Below are positions 56,060 through 64,000 of a stretch of DNA of 64,000 nucleotides, piece by piece; positions within the stretch are counted from its first letter, which is position 1, and every line of letters begins with the position of its first letter. The stretch covers positions 68,894-132,893 of the forward strand of contig JAJYXV010000003.1 of assembly GCA_021801565.1 (NCBI GenBank), written 5' to 3'. The position numbers and the translations under genes were made by a program. This stretch comes from a bacterium (lineage in GTDB: Bacteria > Patescibacteriota > Minisyncoccia > UBA6257 > GWB1-50-10). The notes under the pieces are model-generated. The model saw only the letters and a list, made by a program, of their open reading frames with translations, made no database searches and had not been told where the DNA came from.

Positions 56060-56704
56060 ATGAACGAAGAAATACAAAAAAAAATTCCGGAACTTGAGTC
56101 GCTTTTATTTCATTTTGGAAATCCACTTTCAACAAAACGCATTGCGTCCATATTAAAAATGAAAGAAAATGAATGTAAAGAACTCATTTCTTTGTTTGAA
56201 AACAGAATGCGTGAAGACATATTCCGTGGACTTATGCTTGTAAAAAATGGAGATGAAGTGCAGTTAGCAACAAAACCGGAATATCAACATATAAGCGGAA
56301 AAATTGTTGAAGAGGAATTTAAGGAACAACTCACTCCCGCTGCGCTTGAAACATTATCACTTATTGCTTACCTTGGTCCTATATCGCGCCCGACAATTGA
56401 TTATATCCGGGGGGTAAACTCAAGTTTCATCGTACGTAATCTTTTAATGAGGGGTTTGATTGGAAGAGAGCAGGGGATCGAAAGAAAAAATACATATGAA
56501 TATTCAGTAACATTTGATTTTTTGAAACATATGGGAATTGGAAATATTTCAGAACTTCCCGAATATGAGAAATATAAGAAAATATTTGAAGATTACGAAC
56601 AACAGGAATTTCAGCATAAAGAAGAAGAAAAACAATCTTTTTTATCTCCACAACTGGCTGAAACAAGAGAGGAACAGCAACAAAATGGCATATCACATCA
56701 ATGA
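56060..56704 (+). CDS. scpB: Segregation and condensation protein B
   Basis: Winged-helix ScpB motifs LESLLFHFGNPLS and PISRPTIDYIRGV. Confidence 0.8.
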   Translation: MNEEIQKKIPELESLLFHFGNPLSTKRIASILKMKENECKELISLFENRMREDIFRGLMLVKNGDEVQLATKPEYQHISGKIVEEEFKEQLTPAALETLSLIAYLGPISRPTIDYIRGVNSSFIVRNLLMRGLIGREQGIERKNTYEYSVTFDFLKHMGIGNISELPEYEKYKKIFEDYEQQEFQHKEEEKQSFLSPQLAETREEQQQNGISHQ

Positions 56705-57657
56705 ATATACGTTGGCAATCACTCATTCTTATATTGATTATTTTAATTTCAGTAACGCTTACAAAGATTGATTTTGGAAATGCGGGTATTTTTCCTTCTG
56801 AAAAGAATACAGAACCGAAGTCATCCACAAACCAAAACTCTGCTCTTACTGAAGAAGGGGGAATTCGTCCTGGGGTTGAAACAAATAATCAGAAATTTCC
56901 GACACGCATCTGGAGTGTACTGGATCCGGAAATAAAAGCACAAGCTGTGCTTATTCAATCTCTTGATGGTGGTTTTCCATTTCTCCATTACAACACATAC
57001 AAACAGTGGCCAATTGCATCAATATCAAAACTTATGACTGCAGTAGTGGTATTGGAAAATATTGGAGAAAATAAAAAAATTCCAATAAGTGAAAATGCAG
57101 TACTTACAGAAGGAGTTGCGGGAGATTTGAAGAGTGGAGAAGTATATTCGGCAACCGATCTTATAAAAATTATGCTTCTTACTTCCTCTAATGATGCCGC
57201 TGTTGCATTTGAAGAATACAGTGGTGGACCGGATGAGTTTGTGCGTTTGTTGAATAAAAAGGCGAGAGAATTGGGGATGAGCGATACGATATTTTATGAT
57301 GGGTCTGGACTTTCTGATTTAAATGTTTCTACTGCGAATGATCTTTTAATTTTAGTGAAATATATTATTGAGAAACATCCCGAAATTTTTTCATGGACCC
57401 GCACCAGCAGTTTTCTTGTAGAGCCACTCAATGATACGAAGACCCGGACCGTTACGAGCATCATTCCGTTTCTTGATAACAGAAATTTTCTTGGAGGAAA
57501 GACGGGTACTATTGAATCTTCACATGAGAACTTTTTAGGAATATTCTTATTAAAGAACTATCGAGTGGCAACGATTGTGTTGGGAAGTCCGAATAGGGTA
57601 GAAGAAGTTCCGGCATTGTTACAATGGGTCGAACAAGCATATACATTTCCTCAATAA
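56701..57657 (+). CDS. Serine-type D-Ala-D-Ala carboxypeptidase (peptidase S11, PBP5-like)
   Basis: SxxK (ASISKL), SxN (TSSND) and KTG (GGKTGT) motifs, with an N-terminal signal/TM. Confidence 0.8.
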   Translation: MNIRWQSLILILIILISVTLTKIDFGNAGIFPSEKNTEPKSSTNQNSALTEEGGIRPGVETNNQKFPTRIWSVLDPEIKAQAVLIQSLDGGFPFLHYNTYKQWPIASISKLMTAVVVLENIGENKKIPISENAVLTEGVAGDLKSGEVYSATDLIKIMLLTSSNDAAVAFEEYSGGPDEFVRLLNKKARELGMSDTIFYDGSGLSDLNVSTANDLLILVKYIIEKHPEIFSWTRTSSFLVEPLNDTKTRTVTSIIPFLDNRNFLGGKTGTIESSHENFLGIFLLKNYRVATIVLGSPNRVEEVPALLQWVEQAYTFPQ

Positions 57658-57660
57658 AAC

Positions 57661-58707
57661 ATGGTGTTATTTGAAGCAATACGGGCACTTATCATGTTTG
57701 CGATGGCCTTTGTCATCGCTCTTTTGATTACCCCATTTGTATTTCATCTTTTAAGAAAATTTGACTTCAATAAGAAAAACATTCGAGATGAAAAAAGTGC
57801 CCCAATTTTTTACCAGCATCATAAAGACAAATCTTCTACGCCGACAATGGGCGGAGTGATCATTTGGGGAACGGTGGTAGGTATTGCATTTGTGTTCTTT
57901 ATTGCAAGTGCTATCTTTGGGGGATTTGCAAACTATTTCAATTTTGTGAACCGCGCGGAAACGTATGTTCCGCTTGCCGCACTTCTTTTTGCGGCACTTG
58001 TGGGTCTCGCCGATGATTTATTTGGTATTTTAGGAATTGGTCCGCATGGAGGGGGATTAAAGATAAAGCATAAACTTTTTCTTTATACAATTGTTTCACT
58101 TGTGGGAGCGTGGTGGTTTTATTTTCGACTTGGATGGAGCACAGTCTATGTCCCTTTTTTGGGAAATATAGAACTCGGGTGGTGGTATATTCCGTTTTTT
58201 GTTTTCATTATCGTGGCCACAGCATTTTCTTCAAATGAAACCGATGGATTGGATGGACTTGCGGCAGGAGTAATGTTTTTTGCATTTGGTGCGTTTGCAA
58301 TTGTCTCATTTGTAATGCATCGCTATGATCTTTCAGTGATGAATGCAGCGCTTTTAGGTGCGCTTCTTGCATTTCTTTGGTTTAACATCCATCCCGCGAA
58401 ATTTTTTATGGGAGATACCGGATCAATGTCTTTAGGAATCACGCTTGGGGTGATGGCAATGGTAACAAACACCGCATTTTTTCTTCCGTTTTTTGGACTC
58501 ATTCTGGTTGTTGAATCACTTTCTGTAATTGTTCAGACAATAAGCAAAAAAATATTTAAAAGAAAAATATTTCTTTCAACGCCGATTCATCATCATTTTC
58601 AGGGGATTGGATGGCCGGAAAGTCAAATTACCATGCGATTTTGGATTATTTCTGCAGTGATGACCATATTTGGTCTTGTGTTGTTCTTCCTTGCCCGCTT
58701 TGTTTAG
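57661..58707 (+). CDS. mraY: Phospho-N-acetylmuramoyl-pentapeptide transferase
   Basis: TPTMGG, GLADDL and GDTGSMSLG motifs of the MraY/WecA family. Confidence 0.85.
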   Translation: MVLFEAIRALIMFAMAFVIALLITPFVFHLLRKFDFNKKNIRDEKSAPIFYQHHKDKSSTPTMGGVIIWGTVVGIAFVFFIASAIFGGFANYFNFVNRAETYVPLAALLFAALVGLADDLFGILGIGPHGGGLKIKHKLFLYTIVSLVGAWWFYFRLGWSTVYVPFLGNIELGWWYIPFFVFIIVATAFSSNETDGLDGLAAGVMFFAFGAFAIVSFVMHRYDLSVMNAALLGALLAFLWFNIHPAKFFMGDTGSMSLGITLGVMAMVTNTAFFLPFFGLILVVESLSVIVQTISKKIFKRKIFLSTPIHHHFQGIGWPESQITMRFWIISAVMTIFGLVLFFLARFV

Positions 58708-58756
58708 ACGCGGATTTATACTGATTTAGCTGATTAATACTGATAATATATAAAAC

Positions 58757-58785
58757 TTGATAAAATTGCATTTTAGTGATATAAT
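58757..58785 (+). promoter_or_regulatory. Sigma70 promoter TTGATA-17-TATAAT, only 6 nt upstream of the ATG (probable leaderless mRNA)
   Basis: -35 at 58757-58762 and -10 at 58780-58785. The ATG is at 58792. Confidence 0.4.
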
Positions 58786-58791
58786 CAAAAT

Positions 58792-59664
58792 ATGAATGAA
58801 ATCTTTCCAAAAGTTAATCCCACACCAGGGGATGAAAAGAAAATGGAACAGGTTCTTTATAAAGCAAAAGAGATTTTGGCAGATGCTGTGGCGGATGATA
58901 GAGAAAAAAGGGTTAATATAGAAAAAGGGAACAAAAATTTTCCCAAACTTGATTCCACACCAGAAGATGAGGAAAAGATGGAAAGTATTCTCAATGAAGC
59001 GAGGGAAATTTTGGCGTGTGCTGAAGAAGATGACGAAAAAAGAAAAAGAGAACAAGCACTCGAAGAGTTTAATTTTATAGATGGTAAATATGCCGAGGAT
59101 TTTTGGGAAGATAATAAACCATCCAAAGAGGAATTACAGGAAATAGGGAATACTATAAAGAGAATCGAGAAAGAATTAAAAGATGAAAGCAGCGATTTTT
59201 ATACAAATACGGAAAAAGGTTCTGTCAGTGAATTATTTTTTAAAACCCTAGCCGAAGAGATACCGAGTTTGGATATTTCGATAGACGAGAATGCTGTCGA
59301 TATGAATGGTGTCTTACTTAGTAATTACGTTGCCGTGAGAACGGTCCCTTATAAAACGGATAGAGAATTTATTTGGGATTTATATCATAATGAGACTATA
59401 CATACGTTAGTTAGTCCAGAGTATTCTTCTCAAGAAGATATAAAAGAATTAGAAAAATCAGGAGTAATACCAAAAGATTTTCATCATCGCGCCTTGGTGA
59501 AACAGTATGAGTTTTATGCAAAAAAATGGCCTGATAGTGCAGATTTTTGGAAAGGAGAAATAGCAGAGCTTGGAGATGTGATTCCATTTTCCAATGAAGA
59601 AATACAGGAAATAATGAGGAAAATTATATTAGACGAATTTAAAAAGAGACTCAACGGGGATTAA
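58792..59664 (+). CDS. Hypothetical acidic protein with a tandem ~40-aa repeat
   Basis: FPKVNPTPGDEKKMEQVLYKAKEILADAVADD and FPKLDSTPEDEEKMESILNEAREILACAEEDD repeats. Confidence 0.55.
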   Translation: MNEIFPKVNPTPGDEKKMEQVLYKAKEILADAVADDREKRVNIEKGNKNFPKLDSTPEDEEKMESILNEAREILACAEEDDEKRKREQALEEFNFIDGKYAEDFWEDNKPSKEELQEIGNTIKRIEKELKDESSDFYTNTEKGSVSELFFKTLAEEIPSLDISIDENAVDMNGVLLSNYVAVRTVPYKTDREFIWDLYHNETIHTLVSPEYSSQEDIKELEKSGVIPKDFHHRALVKQYEFYAKKWPDSADFWKGEIAELGDVIPFSNEEIQEIMRKIILDEFKKRLNGD

Positions 59665-59802
59665 GAGAGGTTTTTAAAAGCCTCTTTTTTGTTTTATAAT
59701 AAGCAAATGAAAATTCTTTTTGGCAACTGCCCCGCCTTCGTTAAAACTCCGGCGGGATTGCGATTTATTTCCGATTCTTATCGGAAATAAATCGGGAAGA
59801 AA

Positions 59803-60507
59803 ATGAATTTTAATTTTATGAAAAAAATACTATTTGCAAATTGGAAGATGAATCCAATGACGGAAAATGAGGCGGTGAAGCTTGCTCGAGCGAGTGATGT
59901 TAAAGATGCGGTACTTATACCGCCGTTTCCTTTTTTGAAAGCGGTAAAAAATGTTTTGAAGAATGCGTCACTTGGTGCACAAGATGTTTTCTATGAAGAA
60001 GAGGGAGCGTATACGGGTGAAGTGTCTCCTCAGATGTTAAAAAAACTTGAGGTGAAATATGTAGTTGTCGGGCATTCGGAACGCCGGCGCCTTGGAGAAA
60101 GTGATGAAATGATTGCAAAAAAGATGAAAGCGGGGACTGATGTGGGGCTAAAAGTTATTTTATGCGTTGGGGAACCTCTTTCTGTTTATAAAAAAGGAAA
60201 GAAGGTAACAGAAGAGTTTATAAAAAAACAGTTCAGATTTATTAAAGATAAAAAGAATCTTATTATTGCGTATGAACCGATTTGGGCAGTCGGCACGGGG
60301 AAAAATGCTGATCCGGAAGATGCAGCACGCGTTGCACGATTTATAAAAAGCATTGTTTCAGTGCCTGTATTGTATGGTGGTTCAACAAATTCAAAAAATG
60401 CGGAAGATTTTTTGAAGAAAAAAGAAATTGCAGGACTGTTGATTGGCGGAGCGAGTATTGATGCGAAGGAATTTCAAAAGATGATCAAAATCGCAAAGCG
60501 ATTTTAG
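59803..60507 (+). CDS. tpiA: Triosephosphate isomerase
   Basis: ANWKMN, VVGHSERR and YEPIWAVGTG motifs. Confidence 0.9.
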   Translation: MNFNFMKKILFANWKMNPMTENEAVKLARASDVKDAVLIPPFPFLKAVKNVLKNASLGAQDVFYEEEGAYTGEVSPQMLKKLEVKYVVVGHSERRRLGESDEMIAKKMKAGTDVGLKVILCVGEPLSVYKKGKKVTEEFIKKQFRFIKDKKNLIIAYEPIWAVGTGKNADPEDAARVARFIKSIVSVPVLYGGSTNSKNAEDFLKKKEIAGLLIGGASIDAKEFQKMIKIAKRF

Positions 60508-60613
60508 TTTATAAAGTCCGTAAAGTTTAGAGTTTTTAAAGTATGAAAGAAGAACGAATATGCCACAACTGTCCGCCCAAGGCGGATCAGCCTCGGGCTG
60601 ATAAATATTAACT

Positions 60614-62425
60614 ATGGATAGCCAAACTAAAGTTTGTCAAAACTGTCATCAAAGATTCTGGATTGAATCCGAAGATTTTGATTTCTACAAAAAAATAGAT
60701 GTGCCCATGCCGACATGGTGTCCGGAATGTCGGAACTTAAGACGGATGATGTGGCGGGAAGAACGAACTCTCTATAAGAATACATGCGGACTATGTGGGA
60801 AGCAGATCATCACGATTCATGCTCCTGGGACTCCCTTTACTGTGTACTGTCGAGAATGTTGGTGGTCGGATAAGTGGGACCCGATGGATTACGGTCGCGA
60901 GTATGATTTCTCGCAGCCGTTTTTTATACAATACCGGAAACTTCTCGAGGTGGTTCCTCGACCAGCATTCACCGGCACTAATCTCGTTGAAAGCGACTAT
61001 TCGCACGCGTGCCAAAATCTTAAAAATTGTTACTATGTGTTTTGGAGTTATTTTTCGGAAAATTCCCAATTTGATTATGGACTTTTATTTTCAAAGGATA
61101 CCTATGACTCCTATGTCGTTGATAATTCAGATCATGTTTATTCTTCACTCCATTCGAATCGCCTCTATCGGACGCAGTTCGGATATTTTTCTGATGAATG
61201 TCTTGATTCCGCGCTTCTTTTTAATTGCGTTGGGTGTTCGAATTGTTTTGGATGTGTGAATCTGAGAAAGCAAAAATACTGTATATTCAATCAAAAATTT
61301 TCCAAGGACGAATATGCAAAAGAAATTGCAACGTGGGATTTGGGAAGCTATAAAAAACTTGAGGAAGCAAGACAAAAATTCAGAGAATTTTATTTTTCTC
61401 TTCCGCGCCGATATGCTCATATTTTAAACAGTCAGAATGTTACTGGAGACATCATTCGAGATACAAAAAATTGCAAAACGTGCTTTTCCGCGCTTGATAA
61501 TGTAGAAGATTGTAAATATATCTATTTTGGCGGATTGAATCTCAAGGACAGCTATGATGTAAGTGGAGGAGGAATAAATTCCCAGCTTCTTTATGAAATT
61601 TATGCCATGACAGGAAACGTTGAGCGATGTTTCTTTTCGGCGGGAGGAAATGATTCTATTGACACGATGTATTGTGATTGGGCAAGAAATTCATCTGATT
61701 CTTTTGGGTGTGTGTCGGTCCAGAATAAAAAATATTGTATATTGAACCGGCAATATACAAAAGAAGAATATGAAGCGCTCCTTAAGACGATACGAAAGCA
61801 CATGGATGACATGCCATATGTGGACAAAAAAGGAAGGGTGTATAAATTTGGAGAATTCTTTCCGCCGGAATTTTCCGCGTACGCATATAATGAATCTGCC
61901 GCATTTCCTTGGTATTCAAGAACCAAAGAGGAAATTCTCGAGGAAGGGTGGCAATGGCGGGACGAAGCAGAACGGAATTATAAAGTCACATTGAGACAGG
62001 AAAACATTCCAGATCACATAAAAGATGTTTCTGATTCAATTTTGAATGAAATTATCGAGTGCAGACATTCTACAAGTTTATGGCAGACAGAACATAAAGC
62101 ATGTCTTGATGGATGCACGAAAGCATTCCGGCTTACTAGGGAAGAATTGGCGTTTCATCGAGAAATGAATATCGCTTTACCCCGCCTTTGCCCCAATTGT
62201 CGGACGGCTGAGATACTCTCATGGAGGAATGGATTTCATCTCTATAAAAGGAAATGTCAATGTAACCAATTAAAGACTAAAGACCAAAAACTGATAACAT
62301 ATGCAAATACTGCAGAACATTTTCATGGAAATGGGCCATGTCCAAATGAGTTTGAAACGACTTTTTCTCCAGAGTCAAAAGAAATTGTGTACTGTGATGA
62401 ATGTTATAAACCTGAATTTTTATGA
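60614..62425 (+). CDS. Large Cys-rich hypothetical protein (603 aa): terminal zinc-ribbon clusters flanking an internally repeated core
   Basis: About 15 CxxC/CxC pairs (CQNC, CPEC, CGLC, CREC ... CPNC, CDEC) and two related ~90-aa repeats, each ending in a C-rich motif and K(D/E)EY. Confidence 0.55.
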   Translation: MDSQTKVCQNCHQRFWIESEDFDFYKKIDVPMPTWCPECRNLRRMMWREERTLYKNTCGLCGKQIITIHAPGTPFTVYCRECWWSDKWDPMDYGREYDFSQPFFIQYRKLLEVVPRPAFTGTNLVESDYSHACQNLKNCYYVFWSYFSENSQFDYGLLFSKDTYDSYVVDNSDHVYSSLHSNRLYRTQFGYFSDECLDSALLFNCVGCSNCFGCVNLRKQKYCIFNQKFSKDEYAKEIATWDLGSYKKLEEARQKFREFYFSLPRRYAHILNSQNVTGDIIRDTKNCKTCFSALDNVEDCKYIYFGGLNLKDSYDVSGGGINSQLLYEIYAMTGNVERCFFSAGGNDSIDTMYCDWARNSSDSFGCVSVQNKKYCILNRQYTKEEYEALLKTIRKHMDDMPYVDKKGRVYKFGEFFPPEFSAYAYNESAAFPWYSRTKEEILEEGWQWRDEAERNYKVTLRQENIPDHIKDVSDSILNEIIECRHSTSLWQTEHKACLDGCTKAFRLTREELAFHREMNIALPRLCPNCRTAEILSWRNGFHLYKRKCQCNQLKTKDQKLITYANTAEHFHGNGPCPNEFETTFSPESKEIVYCDECYKPEFL

Positions 62426-62589
62426 ACTTATTTTGGCGTTTTAAAAAATATAAGATTCTTTTTCATATACTTTCTCAATTGGGCATGTTTCGATTGAAGA
62501 TATTTTTCCATAGGCTAGTGAGAAAATAAAAATAATCCTTGTAGATTTAGGTATTTATGAATATATGAATTTTAGGGTATTATAAAAGT

Positions 62590-63357
62590 ATGACGCGCGG
62601 GACAAAAAAAATTATATATGGAGTTTTTTATCTTTTTATCTTTGGGTTAATTTTTTATTGGCTATTTGGCGGTTTATTTATAAAGGCGCCGACATGTTCT
62701 GATGGTATTCAAAACCAAAATGAAACGGGAATTGATTGTGGTGGAGTATGTACAAAGTGTGAAATTACAGAACTTTCTCCATTGAGGCAGGTGGGGGATG
62801 TCCGTGTATTTTCTCTTGAAGGAGGAAAAGTAATTTTACTTGCGGAAATATTAAATCCAAATCAATTCTTTTCTTCGGATAGATTTTCGTATACGTTTAC
62901 CGCGTATAATGCGCGGAATCAAGAAATTGAAAGAATACCAGGGAATGACGCAATTTTTGCACTTGAGAAAAAGTTTATATTTGAACCGAGAATTTCTTCT
63001 TCTGCAAAAGATATAAGTAAAGTCGAGCTCACATTGTCCGATACATCATGGAAAAAAGCGTATGAAATGCTTCGTCCCGACGTGGTTATATCATCAGCGG
63101 TTGAAACAAAAAACACGGATCAGGGAATACGCGTATCCGGAAGTGTAAAGAATCAAGGTTCTGTGCTCGCTTCCGAAGTGAGAATTACTGCAATTTTATA
63201 TGACAAATATGACACGGAAATTTTTCCAGGACAGACAATATTATCAGATCTCAGTGGATTAGAAGAGAAACCGTTTGTCGTTTCATTTCCGGAAAACAAA
63301 CAGATTACGGACGAGGTTGATTTTTCCCGTACGAAGGTATTTTTAAGTACACAGTAA
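62590..63357 (+). CDS. Hypothetical secreted or membrane-anchored protein (255 aa)
   Basis: N-terminal TM IIYGVFYLFIFGLIFYWLFGGLF. No catalytic motif. Confidence 0.5.
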   Translation: MTRGTKKIIYGVFYLFIFGLIFYWLFGGLFIKAPTCSDGIQNQNETGIDCGGVCTKCEITELSPLRQVGDVRVFSLEGGKVILLAEILNPNQFFSSDRFSYTFTAYNARNQEIERIPGNDAIFALEKKFIFEPRISSSAKDISKVELTLSDTSWKKAYEMLRPDVVISSAVETKNTDQGIRVSGSVKNQGSVLASEVRITAILYDKYDTEIFPGQTILSDLSGLEEKPFVVSFPENKQITDEVDFSRTKVFLSTQ

Positions 63358-63368
63358 TTTTATAAGTC

Positions 63369-64000
63369 ATGACTACAGTACACGGGAAACGCTTTGATTG
63401 GGGGATTTTCTTCTCTATTTTCATTCTTGCGGTGGGAAGCTTGTTATCTCTTGCGAGCACAAATCCGACGTTTTTTCATCGGCAAATACTCTGGTATGTT
63501 GTAGTGTTTCTTCTTATTTTTTTTGGAAGGAAAATAGATTGGCAGTGGTTGGGAAGTCAGGGATGGTTTCGTCACGGACTCTATTGGGGGGGCATTGGGT
63601 TTCTGGTTTTGTCTCATCTTCAACATTCCACTATTCGCGGTACGAAGAGCTGGTTAGTGATTGGAGGATTTCAGTTTGAACCAGTAGAGATTGTAAAAAT
63701 CGGACTATTATTTATCCTGGCGCATTTTTTTTCTCGGCGTCATATTTCAGCATCGCAGACAAAAAATATTTTTCTTTCCCTTTTCTATACTGCGGTTCCT
63801 GCCGGACTTGTTATTACACATCCCGATTTTGGTTCAACACTCATTATCGTCGGAATATGGATCGGATTTCTCTTTGTGAGCGGAATACAAAAAAAAAGAT
63901 TGTTGTTGGGTATTGTTGTGACAATCCTTCTTTTTGTTGTGTTATGGACTTCGTTTTTGAAACCATATCAAAAAGACCGGCTTACTGCGTTTGTATTTCC
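63369..64000 (+). CDS. ftsW: SEDS-family peptidoglycan glycosyltransferase FtsW/RodA, 5' partial (runs off the window; not in the ORF track)
   Basis: Manual translation from the ATG at 63369 gives a polytopic membrane protein containing GFQFEPVEIVKIGLLFILAHFF, matching the SEDS QPSE.KL motif region. Confidence 0.7.
   Translation, partial: MTTVHGKRFDWGIFFSIFILAVGSLLSLASTNPTFFHRQILWYVVVFLLIFFGRKIDWQWLGSQGWFRHGLYWGGIGFLVLSHLQHSTIRGTKSWLVIGGFQFEPVEIVKIGLLFILAHFFSRRHISASQTKNIFLSLFYTAVPAGLVITHPDFGSTLIIVGIWIGFLFVSGIQKKRLLLGIVVTILLFVVLWTSFLKPYQKDRLTAFVF

Noticed and set aside
63398-63679. 93-aa plus-strand ORF from the ORF track
   Set aside because: Wrong frame. The real gene is the SEDS-family ftsW/rodA reading frame starting at 63369, which runs off the window end.
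1-64000. CRISPR arrays, rRNA genes, integrase or transposase genes
   Set aside because: No regularly spaced direct repeats, no rRNA-like segments, and no ORF with integrase or transposase motifs were seen. Mobility signatures are limited to the GIY-YIG/tRNA loci and the MITE-like element.

Overview
This 64-kb window is AT-rich and reads like a chromosome segment from a small-genome, low-GC bacterium, possibly a Candidate Phyla Radiation (Patescibacteria)-type organism. That assignment is an inference from gene content and from several unusually short proteins (SMC 726 aa, DnaX 369 aa, EF-Ts 146 aa). Most of the window is densely packed housekeeping genes.

- **Translation:** rplS, rplK, rpmF, rpsP, rpsB, tsf, gatB, miaA, thrS, aspS, trmD, ychF, and three tRNA genes (Leu-GAG, Tyr-GTA, Gln-TTG).
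- **Transcription factors:** secE, nusG, nusB, rnc, and an ECF sigma factor.
- **Replication and chromosome maintenance:** gyrB, dnaE, dnaX, rnhB, a short SMC, and scpA/scpB.
- **Cell envelope:** uppS, mraY, dacA-like and VanY-like carboxypeptidases, two tandem LD-carboxypeptidase paralogs, a GT2 glycosyltransferase, a NagZ-like GH3, and the 5' end of ftsW/rodA.
- **Nucleotide and central metabolism:** three NMP-kinase-family paralogs, a NUDIX hydrolase, tpiA, and an enolase with a divergent N-terminal region.

The features that the gene list does not explain are:
1. Two roughly 90-aa GIY-YIG nuclease genes, each immediately 5' of a same-strand tRNA gene and each associated with a partial tRNA duplication.
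2. Two paralogous structured non-coding elements sharing AAGGGGGTCGGGG and a second conserved block. One follows tRNA-Leu; the other sits where rplA would be expected after rplK and carries an 8-codon uORF plus a terminator upstream of a kinase gene.
3. A MITE-like 130-bp element with 19-bp terminal inverted repeats and a 6-bp GTTGAC direct repeat, inserted into the rpsB promoter.
4. A family of related TTCT-N-AGAA palindromes around an ArsR-like regulator gene, with a reverse-orientation copy 23 kb away.
5. A 603-aa protein rich in CxxC motifs, with internal repeats and a structured leader.
6. A roughly 420-nt gene-free structured region between convergent genes.

All calls come from reading the sequence and the supplied ORF translations; no database search was run.
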